From an uncultured Gemmatimonadota bacterium (GTDB lineage Bacteria > Gemmatimonadota > Gemmatimonadetes > Palauibacterales > KS3-K002), in contig CAYFSW010000091.1 in NCBI GenBank assembly GCA_964345885.1, forward strand, positions 25,485 to 89,484: a stretch of DNA of 64,000 bases. The letters are read 5' to 3'. The translations under genes were made by a program, and so were the position numbers. Below, piece by piece: positions 9,079 to 18,726 of the stretch; position 1 is the stretch's first letter; every line of letters starts with the position of its first letter. The notes beneath the pieces were generated by a model. The model did no database searches, was not told the origin of the DNA, and saw nothing but the letters and a program-made list of their open reading frames with translations.

Positions 9079-10788
9079 TCAGGATTGGAGCTGTGGGCGT
9101 CTCAGGTGGAAGTCGGTCGCCTCTTGATACGCACGCGCTACCGCCAGCGCCTCCGACTCGCCGTAGAGGCTGCCGATGAAGCTGATGCTCGTCGGCGTGC
9201 CATCTTCCCGGAACCCGTTCGGCAAAACAACACACGGGTGTCCGGTGAGATTGGTCAGCGTGAGGTTGTTGCCGCCATAGGACGGGGTGACGTAGACGTC
9301 CACCTGCGACATGACCTCTGCCATTTCTTCCAGCAGCAGCGTGCGCGTTCGGTTGGCCTGGATGTACTCGACGGCGGGGATGAACCGTGCCTGGCGAAAC
9401 GAGTTGGGCCAGGCGCCCCTGTCCTGACGTTTCAGCAGATCGTCGCGCCCGCTTCGTGTCAGATCGTCGAAGGCCGCCGCCGCCTCGGCGCTGAGAACTG
9501 TGCGCATCGCGCTTACCGGCAGATCCGGCAGCTCGATCGGGATCAGCTCGATCCCTAAGGAACCCAGGGTCTCCAGTACCGCCTCGTCGAACGCCTTCCA
9601 CTCCGGCTGGCGCTCGCGCTCCTCCTCGAAAGCGCTCTTCAGATAACCGACCCGCAGATTCCTTACATCGAGCTCGGCGTCCCAGACGAATGGCAGGTCC
9701 ACGACCGTAAGATCCTTCCCGTCGGGACCGTAGATCGCCTCGAACACCAGCGCACAGTCCTCGACGCTGCGACAGATCGGACCGACCTTGTCCATACTCC
9801 AGGAGAGCGCCATCGCACCGTAGCGGCTCACGCGTCCGAAAGTGGGCCGCAAACCGGTCGTACCGCAGCGCGTGCACGGCGAGACGATCGACCCCAGGGT
9901 CTCGGTGCCGATGCCGAAGCCCACGAGCCCCGCCGCCGTCGCCGCCGCCGGGCCGGCCGACGAGCCGCTCGAACCTTCCTCGTAGTCCCAGGGGTTGCGC
10001 GTCCTGCCACCATACCAGACGTCGCCCATCGCCAGCGCCCCCAGCGTCAGCTTCGCCACCAGCACGGCGCCCGCCTCCTCAAGCCGCGCGGCCACCGTCG
10101 CGTCCTCATCGATCACCTGGTCCTTGTACGGCTCGGCGCCCCACGTCGTCCTGTACTCGGGTGTCGCCAAGAGATCCTTCGCACCCCACGGGATACCGTG
10201 CAGCGGACCGCGGTAGGTGCCGCCGGCGATCTCAGCGTCGGCTTGACGGGCCTGCTCGAGGGCGAGCTCCTCGGTGAGCGTGACTATGCACTCGAGCTTG
10301 GGCCCGTACTTCTTCAGTCGCTCGAGGTACATCGTGGTGAGTTGTACCGACGACAGACGCCGCGTCTCGATGAGCTTCGCCAGGTGCGTCACCGGCCAGA
10401 ACGCGACTTCCTCCAAGTCCGACGGCACCCGATCGATCCGTACCTCGCTGCGGCGCGAGACCCCCGGCTCGCGGGTCACGGTGCGGCCCGGCGGCACAGG
10501 TTCGAAGTAGAGCGCCGGCGGCACTTTGTTGACCAGCTCGAGGCTGCGGATCACTTCATAGCCGTCCAACCGGCGGTTGAGCCCCTGCACCATCAACTCG
10601 CGCTCTTCGTCGGTGAACTCGAGGCCGGCGACCACCTCGCAGTCGGCGATCATCTCCTTGGTGATCCTGAGCTCCTCCTCATCCTGTAGCAACTTCCAGA
10701 GCGCGCCAGGAAGCAGCGTGGACGAAAGACCGATACCCGAGAAGTAGGCGAGGAAACGACGGCGGCTGAACTCGGTTGCGGTTGACAT
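9079..10788 (-). CDS. Amidase-signature family amidase with a TAT signal peptide
   Basis: The N-terminus SRRRFLAYFSGIGLSS is a twin-arginine signal. The GSSGSSAG...GTETLGSIVSP amidase-signature region is present. Confidence 0.85.
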   Translation of the reverse strand: MSTATEFSRRRFLAYFSGIGLSSTLLPGALWKLLQDEEELRITKEMIADCEVVAGLEFTDEERELMVQGLNRRLDGYEVIRSLELVNKVPPALYFEPVPPGRTVTREPGVSRRSEVRIDRVPSDLEEVAFWPVTHLAKLIETRRLSSVQLTTMYLERLKKYGPKLECIVTLTEELALEQARQADAEIAGGTYRGPLHGIPWGAKDLLATPEYRTTWGAEPYKDQVIDEDATVAARLEEAGAVLVAKLTLGALAMGDVWYGGRTRNPWDYEEGSSGSSAGPAAATAAGLVGFGIGTETLGSIVSPCTRCGTTGLRPTFGRVSRYGAMALSWSMDKVGPICRSVEDCALVFEAIYGPDGKDLTVVDLPFVWDAELDVRNLRVGYLKSAFEEERERQPEWKAFDEAVLETLGSLGIELIPIELPDLPVSAMRTVLSAEAAAAFDDLTRSGRDDLLKRQDRGAWPNSFRQARFIPAVEYIQANRTRTLLLEEMAEVMSQVDVYVTPSYGGNNLTLTNLTGHPCVVLPNGFREDGTPTSISFIGSLYGESEALAVARAYQEATDFHLRRPQLQS

Positions 10789-10826
10789 GGCGCCTCCTGT
10801 TGATCAGCAACGCTCACTGAAACAGA

Positions 10827-11813
10827 TCAAAAGACATCCAGGTCGTTCCCATACACGACTGCTCCATCATAGACCTGGCGTATTTCATCGACCAGCTCCG
10901 CCGGCGTCGAGCCCCAGAGTAGCTGATGATAGAGGACGAGCAAACCCGGCTGTGCCTGCGCCGCGATGCGGCCCAGTTCCAGCGACGAGGTGTGGGAGTT
11001 GGCATGGTAGAGCTGCCAAACCGGTTCCCGGCGCTCGAACCCCGCCTGCGAGTACACCTCGTGAACCAGCACGTCGCAGCCGCGACAGTTCTCGGCGATC
11101 GCCGGACTGGGGCCGGTATCACCCGACACGACGATCGTCCGGTCGGGCGTCTCGAAGCGATAGCCGAACGACTGTGACCACGCCCCATGCTCGACCAGGA
11201 AGGCGGTGACCCGCACGTTTTCATCCTCGTATACGAGACCGGGCTCGATCTCGTGCACGTTCACCCTGTAGCCATCCGGGTTGGCGGGCTCGAGGCCGTC
11301 GAGGCGAACCCGTATGTCCGCCTCGTAAGCGGCCAGCAGGTGATCGGTCATCGCCCGCAGGCCGGCCGGTCCGAACACCTCCGCCGGGACGTCGCGCTCC
11401 AGCACCCACGGCGTGAAGATGAAATCGCCGTAGCCCAGGGTGTGATCACTGTGCAGATGCGTGATGAAGGCGAACCTGAGCTTTGGCACCTCCAGCCCGG
11501 CGATGCCCGTCTGATAGGCCGCTTTCGCGCGCCGCACCACCCCCGGGCCCAGATCGACCAGGTACGGCGTGCCGGCCACAACGATTGCCACCGCCGAGCC
11601 CGAACGCTCCGGCTCGGCGTTCGGCGTGCCGGTGCCCAGCAGAACCACCCGTGTGCGCCCCGAATCAGCGGGCGCCGCCGCAGAACCCTCCGCGTTGTCG
11701 GCCGAACTCGGGCGGCAGGCCGCTGCACTCGCCAGTACCACGACGAGCGAGTAACGAAGCGCACTAAGGGCTCTGTTCACATGTACGACTCCGCTGCAAC
11801 GGGAATTCGGCAA
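10827..11813 (-). CDS. Secreted or lipoprotein MBL-fold metallo-hydrolase
   Basis: ITHLHSDHTLGY (HxHxDH) and downstream His/Asp ligands are present. The N-terminus has a signal/lipobox-like segment (LVVVLASAAAC). The true start may instead be the internal GTG (VNRALSAL...). Confidence 0.75.
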   Translation of the reverse strand: MPNSRCSGVVHVNRALSALRYSLVVVLASAAACRPSSADNAEGSAAAPADSGRTRVVLLGTGTPNAEPERSGSAVAIVVAGTPYLVDLGPGVVRRAKAAYQTGIAGLEVPKLRFAFITHLHSDHTLGYGDFIFTPWVLERDVPAEVFGPAGLRAMTDHLLAAYEADIRVRLDGLEPANPDGYRVNVHEIEPGLVYEDENVRVTAFLVEHGAWSQSFGYRFETPDRTIVVSGDTGPSPAIAENCRGCDVLVHEVYSQAGFERREPVWQLYHANSHTSSLELGRIAAQAQPGLLVLYHQLLWGSTPAELVDEIRQVYDGAVVYGNDLDVF

Positions 11814-11879
11814 TCCATGATTAATTGACAGTCATGAATTGCCGAATTCCCTCTGTTCCTCCCATTCCCACTACGATAT

Positions 11880-13451
11880 CTACCGCGAGCGGTATTCTTC
11901 CCAGCTCCGCATCGGAGCCCGACACTCGGGCCAGGTCATCTGCTCTCCGGTCCGCTGGCTCACCGGCAGCACGCGCCGGTCCCGCGGCATCAACTCCTCC
12001 TCCTCGGATGCGAGGTAGGCGAGCATGGCGAACAGCGTCGCGTTGTTCTTGAGATCATCGATCACGATCTTGTCAAACGTGTCGCGGTTCGTATGCCACG
12101 TGTAGGGGAAATACGCCCAGTTGTGCGCCCCCAAGAAGAAGGCGGGCGCCCCCGTGCAGAGGAACGACGCGTGATCGCTACCACCACCACTCGGCGTCCC
12201 CGGTAACGTGAGGTCGATGTGTCGTGAGATCTCTGTCGGAATCATCGACAGCCAACGCCCGAAGTACTCGCCGGCCCGCGTCAGGCCCGCCCCGGTGGCC
12301 CGCACGATCCGCCCGGTCCCGTTGTCCTGATTCAGCACCACCTGCAGCCCCTCGATCACTTCGGGATGGTCGGCCACGAAGGCTCGCGACCCGATGAGCC
12401 CCTGCTCCTCGGCGCCCCACAGTCCGGCAATGATCGTCCGTTTCGGATTGGGATAGACAGCCTTGAGGATCCGCATCGCCTCCAGCATCGTGACGCTGCC
12501 CGTCCCGTTGTCGGTGGCGCCCGAGCCGCCGTCCCACGAGTCGTAGTGGGCCGAGAACACAACGTACTCGTCGGGCTTCTCCGTACCGCGAATCTCCGCG
12601 ATCGTGTTGAATATCGGCTCCTCGCCGTGGAAGCGCGCTTCCGCCTCGACCTCGAGCACCGGCCCCTGGTCGTGCTCGGCGAGTCGGAAGAGCAGACCGT
12701 AGTCCTCACAGCTCAACGCCAGCGCCGGCACCCGCTCGGTGATGGCGCTGAACACCCGCTGCACGCCCCAACCGCCGGGCCAACTGGACGTCAGGATCCC
12801 TCGGACACCCGCCTCTTCGAGAACGCTGGTAATCTGACGCTGGTCGTAACCGGTCTGCTCGATTCGATCCCGCCACTCGCGGCGCGCCGTGTCGCGCTCG
12901 GCCTGCATACGCTCGAACGACTCCTCGGTGGCGTACTCCTCCCAGTTGTCGTTGGGTCGACAGGTTGGCTCGCCGTAACTGATGAGAACAAACTTGTTTC
13001 GCGCCTCGGGCAGCCACGACTGGAAAGCGGCGGAGTCCGGCACGTCCGGGAACATCACAACCTCGCCCCTGACCGTCCCGCGCGTACCGGCGCTCCAGGC
13101 CAGCAGCATCCCTTCCAGGCTGCGGACCCGGGGCTCCACCAGATCGATGTGTGTGATGCCGCGCTCCCAGTTCATCCAGGTGCCGTACTGTTCGTTGCGG
13201 GCCTCGATGCCCCAGCCGCTGAACATCTGCACCGCCCAATCGTTTGCCGCCTTGTGGGCGGGCGACCCGCTCAGCCGCGGACCGATAGAGTCGAGCAGCG
13301 CCTGCGCCAGACTATAGGCCTGCGAGTTCTCCATCCCTTCCTCCCAGATGCGCTGGATGACCGGGTCGTCAACCGGGAAGGTCTGGGCCGCTGCCACTGA
13401 AGCTGTCGTCAAGAACGCAGCCACGAGCGTGAGACCGATCTTTATTCGCAT
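11880..13451 (-). CDS. Secreted M28-family aminopeptidase
   Basis: Signal peptide MRIKIGLTLVAAFLTTASVAAAQ. HYDSWDGGSGATDNGTGSVTMLE is the M28 Zn-ligand/catalytic region. Confidence 0.85.
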   Translation of the reverse strand: MRIKIGLTLVAAFLTTASVAAAQTFPVDDPVIQRIWEEGMENSQAYSLAQALLDSIGPRLSGSPAHKAANDWAVQMFSGWGIEARNEQYGTWMNWERGITHIDLVEPRVRSLEGMLLAWSAGTRGTVRGEVVMFPDVPDSAAFQSWLPEARNKFVLISYGEPTCRPNDNWEEYATEESFERMQAERDTARREWRDRIEQTGYDQRQITSVLEEAGVRGILTSSWPGGWGVQRVFSAITERVPALALSCEDYGLLFRLAEHDQGPVLEVEAEARFHGEEPIFNTIAEIRGTEKPDEYVVFSAHYDSWDGGSGATDNGTGSVTMLEAMRILKAVYPNPKRTIIAGLWGAEEQGLIGSRAFVADHPEVIEGLQVVLNQDNGTGRIVRATGAGLTRAGEYFGRWLSMIPTEISRHIDLTLPGTPSGGGSDHASFLCTGAPAFFLGAHNWAYFPYTWHTNRDTFDKIVIDDLKNNATLFAMLAYLASEEEELMPRDRRVLPVSQRTGEQMTWPECRAPMRSWEEYRSR

Positions 13452-13687
13452 CGTCAGATTCCTCCTTGGCGGTAGGTGTATCTGCCTGGCGACCTTCGAG
13501 CGCGCCAGCCGCGGCGGCCACGAAGCTGGGGGGCCTGCGGCGAGTGTTAGGGTGAGTAAGGATGGCCACCCGCTCGGCCGACGACAAGACGGCCACCGCT
13601 CACTCGCGCCCGCCTTGTCGGAGTGCTCGAGTTCCGACTATTATGGCCAGTTGACTTGCGAATCCCGACCAGAGAAGGAGAACGACC

Positions 13688-14194
13688 GTGGCGATCAGAG
13701 AAGCCCTATTGGTCGAATTCACGACGGAGAGCGCAGCCACCCGCAAGCTGCTGGAACGAGTGCCCGAAGACAAACTGGAGTGGAAGCCGGCGGACAAGTC
13801 GATGACGATGAACCGCCTCGCCACGCATCTGGCCGAGATGCCCAGCTGGGGCGTTCACGCGCTGACGCTGGACGAGTTGGACATTAACCCGCCGGGCGGC
13901 GAGCCGTATCAACCCGCAGAGCTGCGGTCGGTCTCGGAGATCCTCGAGCTATTCGACACCAACGTCGCCAAGTTCCTCGAGGCCCTGGAGTCGACCAGCG
14001 ACGAGGAGCTCAACAGGTCATGGACGCTGAAGAAAGGCGGCGAGGAGATCTTCACCGAGCCGAGGAACGGGGTGATTCGCTGGATGGTGATGAACCACGC
14101 GATCCATCACCGCGGGCAGCTCTCGGTCTTCCTGCGGCTCAACGGGGTTCCCCTACCGGCGATTTACGGACCGTCCGCCGACGAAGGGATGTAG
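13688..14194 (+). CDS. DinB/YfiT-like (DinB_2) four-helix-bundle metalloprotein
   Basis: Size and the motifs LATHLAEMPSWG...NHAIHHRGQL (His triad) are typical of the DinB_2 family. A GTG start with a GGAGAA RBS. Confidence 0.75.
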   Translation: MAIREALLVEFTTESAATRKLLERVPEDKLEWKPADKSMTMNRLATHLAEMPSWGVHALTLDELDINPPGGEPYQPAELRSVSEILELFDTNVAKFLEALESTSDEELNRSWTLKKGGEEIFTEPRNGVIRWMVMNHAIHHRGQLSVFLRLNGVPLPAIYGPSADEGM

Positions 14195-14226
14195 GGACGT
14201 TCCATTGCAGAACTGGGAAGTCTTTT

Positions 14227-14364
14227 GGGAATGCTCGAATGTCGAGCAAGGGACCAGTGCAACAGTGGAGGTAGGGAGGTACAGAAGTGGCCGCGCGGCG
14301 CTTCACCTCCGGCTTCCCCACCTCCCTGTTCCACTGGTCCCCGAATCGACATTCGAGAATTCCC
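14227..14364. repeat. Long imperfect inverted repeat (arms ~45-55 nt, ~40-nt GGAGG/CCTCC-rich centre); candidate structured RNA or MITE-like element
   Basis: 14227-14280 (gggaatgctcgaatgtcgagcaagggaccagtgcaacagtggaggtagggaggt) is near-complementary to 14320-14364 (acctccctgttccactggtccccgaatcgacattcgagaattccc). Confidence 0.6.
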
Positions 14365-14390
14365 GAACGACTTCGCATGTTGATAACAAA

Positions 14391-14416
14391 AAAAGCCCGG
14401 CCTGAGCCGGGCTCTT
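14391..14416 (-). terminator. Rho-independent terminator of the rplU-rpmA operon
   Basis: The minus strand reads agcccggctcaggccgggct (8-bp GC stem, 4-nt loop) followed by ttttttt, immediately downstream of the rpmA stop (14434). Confidence 0.7.
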
Positions 14417-14433
14417 GCACACTTCCCTCAACT

Positions 14434-14688
14434 CTAATTCTCGGGAACGACCGAGACGACCTTTCTTCCGCGGCTCGTTCCGAAGCTTACGTAGCCATCG
14501 GAGAGGGCGAACAGCGTGTAGTCGGTGCCTTTGCCAACGTTGTGGCCCGGATGGTACCTGGTGCCGCGCTGCCGCATGATGATGTTACCGGCCCGCACGA
14601 ACTGCCCGCCGTATTTCTTGACGCCAAGGAACTTGGGGTTGCTGTCGCGACCGTTCCGAGTCGATCCGCCTGCCTTCTTATGAGCCAT
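14434..14688 (-). CDS. rpmA: 50S ribosomal protein L27
   Basis: [29 protein letters not shown]... is a near-universal L27 sequence. Confidence 0.95.
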   Translation of the reverse strand: MAHKKAGGSTRNGRDSNPKFLGVKKYGGQFVRAGNIIMRQRGTRYHPGHNVGKGTDYTLFALSDGYVSFGTSRGRKVVSVVPEN

Positions 14689-14702
14689 GGGGTCCGGTCC
14701 CG

Positions 14703-15266
14703 CTAAGATTTCTTCTTCTTCGAAGTAGTCTTGGCTTTGGCCTTGGTCGTCGTCTTCGCCTTCGACGTCGACTTGGCCTTAGCCGTGGTCTTCTTCTTCG
14801 CCGTGGTCTTGGCCTTCGCCTTGGGAGCCGCCTTCTTCTTGGCCGGCGCCTTCTTCGGCTTGGCTGCTGCCGCCTTCGCCACCGGTTTCTTGGCCGCCTT
14901 CTTCTTGGGAGCAGCCTTCTTTACTTTCTCCAGGCTCACCCGCCGATCGCCACCGAAGTCGATCTCGCTCACCCGCACCTCGGTATAGTCCTGGCGGTGG
15001 CCCGTCTTGCTCCGGATGTTCTTGCGGCGCTTGAACTTGAAGACCACGACCTTGTCGGCCCGACCGTGGCCCAGAACCTCGGCGCGCACCGCCGCGCCCT
15101 TCAGCGTCGGCCGCCCAATCAGCACGTCGCCCTCCGTGGCACCGAGCAGCACCTCGTCGAAGGTGACGGTATCGCCGGACTCGACGTCGAGCGACGGCAG
15201 CCGCAGCACGTCGCCGAGCGCGGCACGGTACTGGAAGCCTGCGGCCTTGAAAATGGCGTATGTCAC
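14703..15266 (-). CDS. rplU: 50S ribosomal protein L21 with a ~75-aa Lys/Ala/Thr-rich C-terminal extension
   Basis: The [24 protein letters not shown]...[21 protein letters not shown]21 core is followed by [30 protein letters not shown]..., a histone-H1-like tail. Confidence 0.9.
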   Translation of the reverse strand: MTYAIFKAAGFQYRAALGDVLRLPSLDVESGDTVTFDEVLLGATEGDVLIGRPTLKGAAVRAEVLGHGRADKVVVFKFKRRKNIRSKTGHRQDYTEVRVSEIDFGGDRRVSLEKVKKAAPKKKAAKKPVAKAAAAKPKKAPAKKKAAPKAKAKTTAKKKTTAKAKSTSKAKTTTKAKAKTTSKKKKS

Positions 15267-15363
15267 AACCGTGTTACCACGTGAAAGTCACCGATTTTGA
15301 GAACCTTATAGGCTATCCGCCGCAGGCACCGCTGTCAACGCCCCGGGAAGCGCCAGTCCGCCC

Positions 15364-16872
15364 TCAGGCCACGGCGTAGCGCGAGGTCACATCGGTGTCG
15401 GCCGGCCCAGCCAGGATACGGAACTCGTCCGCCCGCATCAGCGGGTCGTCGCGGACCTCGATGTCGACCCGGTACTCGGACTCCAGCCGCCGCAGCAGGT
15501 TCGGTTCCTCTTCCAGGATGTGCAGGGCCACCTCCGGGTGCAGACGGACCACCAGACGTTTCTCCTCACGCGCCGCCGCCACCCGGTGCACCGCGCGCTC
15601 GACCCGGCGCACCACGGTAGCGGGGGCGACGATGCGCCCCGCCCCCTCGCAATATGGGCACGGCCGGGTCACCGTATGGTAGACGGTCGGCCGCACGCGC
15701 TGCCGCGTCATCTCGACCAGCCCCAAGTCGGAGATCGGGAACGCCTTCGTCCGTGCGCGGTCGCGGCCCAGGTGCATGCGCAACTCCTGCATCACCCGGT
15801 CGCGATTCGCCTTGTCTTCCATATCGATGAAGTCGACGACGATGATGCCCCCGATGTCCCGCAGGCGCAGCTGCCGGGCAATCTCTCGAGCGGCGTCCAG
15901 GTTAGTGCGAAGGATCGTCTTCTCGGGGTCCTTCTTGCCCGTGTAGCGACCGGTGTTGACGTCGATCGCCACGAGCCCCTCCGTCGCCTCGATGATGACG
16001 TATCCGCCCGACGGCAACTCGACCCGGCTCTCGAGCGAGCGGTGGATTTCCTCTTCAATCTCGTACTTGTCGAACAGCGGGACCGTACCGTCGTAGAGAT
16101 TGACGCGGCGCATCAACTCGGGGTCCACAGCCTCGAGATAGTCGCGGACCTCGTTATAAATCTCCCGTGCGTCGACGATCAGCGCGTCGACCTTCTCACT
16201 GAATAGATCTCTGATGATACCGGCGGCGAGATGCGCCTCCTGATGAATCAGGGCGGGCGCCTGTGCTTGTGAGACGCGAGCCTCGATCTTCTTCCACGTC
16301 TTGCGTAGCCCTTTCAGCTCGCGCTCGAGCGGCTTGCGGCCCGCGTCCTCACCCACGGTCCTGACGATGACGCCGCCCTCTCCGGTCTGTAGGACGTTAC
16401 GCATCACCCTTCGCAGGCGCGTCCGCTCATCGCGGTTCTCTATCTTGCGCGATACGCCGATGTGCTCGCTACGCGGCATGTAGACCAGATAGCGGCCGGG
16501 CAGCGATATCTGCGCGGTGACGCGTGGCCCCTTCGTCCCGATCGGCTCCTTGGTGACCTGGACGAGCAGCTCCTCGCTCTTCTTGATCAGGGTTTGGATA
16601 GGCGGGTATCGCCTGACGCCCTTCTCTTCTTCCGATGCCTCGGGATCCTCATCGGCGAGGTCGGAAACGTGGAGAAAGGCGGCTTTCTCGGTCCCTATGT
16701 TGACGAAGGCGGCCTGTATTCCCGGTAGTACGCCCTCAACGCGCCCCAAGTAGATGTCGCCCACCATCCGCTGCGCGTCGGGGCGATCGAGCATCAGCTC
16801 TACAAGGACGCTGTCCTCCATGATCGCGACCCGCGTCTCGTGGGCCGCGTTTATCAGTATTTGCCTTTTCAT
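15364..16872 (-). CDS. rng: Ribonuclease E/G family endoribonuclease (RNase G-like size, ~500 aa)
   Basis: S1 domain (GDIYLGRVEGVLPGIQAAFVNIG), DNase-I-like and Zn-link (CPYCEGAGR) motifs. No long C-terminal scaffold, hence RNase G-like rather than RNase E. Confidence 0.85.
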   Translation of the reverse strand: MKRQILINAAHETRVAIMEDSVLVELMLDRPDAQRMVGDIYLGRVEGVLPGIQAAFVNIGTEKAAFLHVSDLADEDPEASEEEKGVRRYPPIQTLIKKSEELLVQVTKEPIGTKGPRVTAQISLPGRYLVYMPRSEHIGVSRKIENRDERTRLRRVMRNVLQTGEGGVIVRTVGEDAGRKPLERELKGLRKTWKKIEARVSQAQAPALIHQEAHLAAGIIRDLFSEKVDALIVDAREIYNEVRDYLEAVDPELMRRVNLYDGTVPLFDKYEIEEEIHRSLESRVELPSGGYVIIEATEGLVAIDVNTGRYTGKKDPEKTILRTNLDAAREIARQLRLRDIGGIIVVDFIDMEDKANRDRVMQELRMHLGRDRARTKAFPISDLGLVEMTRQRVRPTVYHTVTRPCPYCEGAGRIVAPATVVRRVERAVHRVAAAREEKRLVVRLHPEVALHILEEEPNLLRRLESEYRVDIEVRDDPLMRADEFRILAGPADTDVTSRYAVA

Positions 16873-16896
16873 TTGCTGCTACTCTGACTCCATTCA

Positions 16897-18153
16897 TTAG
16901 GCGTCCTCCTTCTCCGGCGTCGTTTCCGGACCGAGAAGGTGGCGCGCAATCACCATCCTCTGGACCTCGGAGGTTCCTTCTCCGATTTCCCCTATCTTTG
17001 CATCTCTCATCAGCCGTTCCACGGGATACTCGGTCGTGTAGCCGTACGCACCATGGAACTGCACAGCTTTTACCGTAGCCCAGTTGGCGAGCTCCGAGCA
17101 GTAGAGCTTAGCCATCGCCGCTTCCTTCGAATGCGGCTCGCCCGCCTGCCTCAAGTTCGCCGCATGATAGGTCAGGTGCTTACCCGCCTCGATGCGGGTC
17201 AACCAATCGGCGATCTCGAAGCGTATACCTTGGAAGTCGCAGATCCGTGTATTGAACTGCTTACGCTCGCTGGTAAACTTCAGCGTTTGCTCCAGTGCTC
17301 CCTCGGCGATACCCAACAGGTGCGCCGCCATCCCGATCCGTCCGCCGTCCAGCGTCTGCATGAAGTTCTTGAAGCCGTGACCGCGCTCGCCCAGCATGTT
17401 CTCCTTCGGCACGATCGCGTCCTCGAAGACGAGCTCGGTCGTGTCCGAGGCGCGCCAGCCCAGCTTGTCCTCTTTCTTGCCGTGCGTGAAGCCCGGCGTG
17501 TATTCCAGGTCGGCGGCGTGGCCCGTGCCGACCGCCTGCGCTTCATCCAGATCCCGCGTCTCCTTCGTCAGGATGAACGAGCTGATTTCCTTCTGCCCGT
17601 TCGACCGCTGGCCCGTCACCGCGGTCGCCACGAAGATCTCGCCGACACCACCGTTGGTGATGAAGATCTTCGTCCCGTTCAGCACCCAGTGATCGCTCTT
17701 CTCTTCCGCCCGCGTCTGCGTGCCCTGGGCGTCGGACCCCGCCTCCGGCTCCGTCAGCCCGAACGCGCCCAACACCTCGCCCCGGGCGAGCTTCGTCAGG
17801 TACCGTTGCTTCTGTTCCTCGTTACCGAAGTAGTATATCGGGCTCGCCGCCAGCGAGATCGTCGCGCCCACCGTGATCGAGTGGGAAGGACAGGTCTTCG
17901 ACAGCTCCTCGCTGACCAGCGCCGAGGCCAGCACATCCATCCCGGCACCGTCGTATTTCTCCGGCCACGGGATGCCGAACAGCCCCAGCTCCGCCATCTT
18001 CGCGACGTTGGCCCAGGGGAACTTCCCCTCCCGGTCGAACTCCCGGGCCACCGGCGCGATCTCGTTCTCCGCGAACTCCCGCACCATGTCGCGCAGCATG
18101 CGGTGCTCGTCGCTCAGATACTGGTCGTCAACGCTGCTGCTCAGCCCATGCAT
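16897..18153 (-). CDS. Acyl-CoA dehydrogenase
   Basis: Three-domain ACAD: ...FGLTEPEAGSDA..., ...YGYTTEYPVERLMRDAKIGEIGEGTSEVQ (catalytic Glu region). Confidence 0.9.
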   Translation of the reverse strand: MHGLSSSVDDQYLSDEHRMLRDMVREFAENEIAPVAREFDREGKFPWANVAKMAELGLFGIPWPEKYDGAGMDVLASALVSEELSKTCPSHSITVGATISLAASPIYYFGNEEQKQRYLTKLARGEVLGAFGLTEPEAGSDAQGTQTRAEEKSDHWVLNGTKIFITNGGVGEIFVATAVTGQRSNGQKEISSFILTKETRDLDEAQAVGTGHAADLEYTPGFTHGKKEDKLGWRASDTTELVFEDAIVPKENMLGERGHGFKNFMQTLDGGRIGMAAHLLGIAEGALEQTLKFTSERKQFNTRICDFQGIRFEIADWLTRIEAGKHLTYHAANLRQAGEPHSKEAAMAKLYCSELANWATVKAVQFHGAYGYTTEYPVERLMRDAKIGEIGEGTSEVQRMVIARHLLGPETTPEKEDA

Positions 18154-18345
18154 AAGTGTCTCGCGTCGGCTCTGGAACCGCCCCGGGGCTGTGGGGCGAA
18201 CCGCTATCCGCTACAAATATTAACCGTTAAGTATGTGCAAAAGTTGACCCTAATTCCAGTGTCCCAACCGGACAAACGGCCCGAAATAGTTGACGCACAG
18301 CCCCTGAAGCCCCTATCCGCTAGCCGATTTCAACCGAGGACGGCC

Positions 18346-18531
18346 ATGACGACAGGAGCCAACCTGGATCGAGTCGACTGCCCGGGCTGCGGCGGAGGTT
18401 TCCGAATCGAGGACCTTCTAGCGGCGCGTGAGGCGAAATGCCCTAACTGCGGTAAGGAATGGCAGGTAGCAGTGCAGGATGTCCCAGGCGGGCGGTTCCT
18501 GCTCAACCTGAAGCCACCTCGACCGACCTGA
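18346..18531 (+). CDS. Small zinc-ribbon protein (MJ0042-type CxxC...CxxC)
   Basis: 61 aa: VDCPGCGGGFRIED...KCPNCGKEWQV. A GAGGA RBS lies 5 nt upstream of the ATG. Confidence 0.5.
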   Translation: MTTGANLDRVDCPGCGGGFRIEDLLAAREAKCPNCGKEWQVAVQDVPGGRFLLNLKPPRPT

Positions 18532-18726
18532 GCCGAGCTCAGCTCACCTCAGGTCTTTTCGCCGCGAACGTAAGGTCACCTACAGAAGTCTCCGCCCGGC
18601 ACTGAGCCCACAACTGCCGCAGCCTTCAAGGGCAACGGGCACCCCAAGCTCCGGTCATTGATCAGCCGTACTGTAGGCGGCATATTCCGGCGATCTCATA
18701 CGTAGTCCCTCTTCGCCAACGGGATC

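Noticed and set aside
12366-13400. 344-aa plus-strand ORF
   Set aside because: Antisense to the M28 peptidase; a shadow ORF.
13452-13687. Divergent promoter region between the M28 peptidase and the dinB-like gene (TTGACT at ~13649)
   Set aside because: No convincing -10 element at the correct spacing. It is too weak to annotate as a promoter.
16939-18531. 530-aa plus-strand ORF
   Set aside because: It lies entirely antisense to the well-supported acyl-CoA dehydrogenase gene. Its composition is Arg/Pro/Gly-rich with no motifs, a typical shadow ORF of a high-GC genome. Only its last ~60 codons (18346-18531) are retained, as the separate zinc-ribbon ORF.
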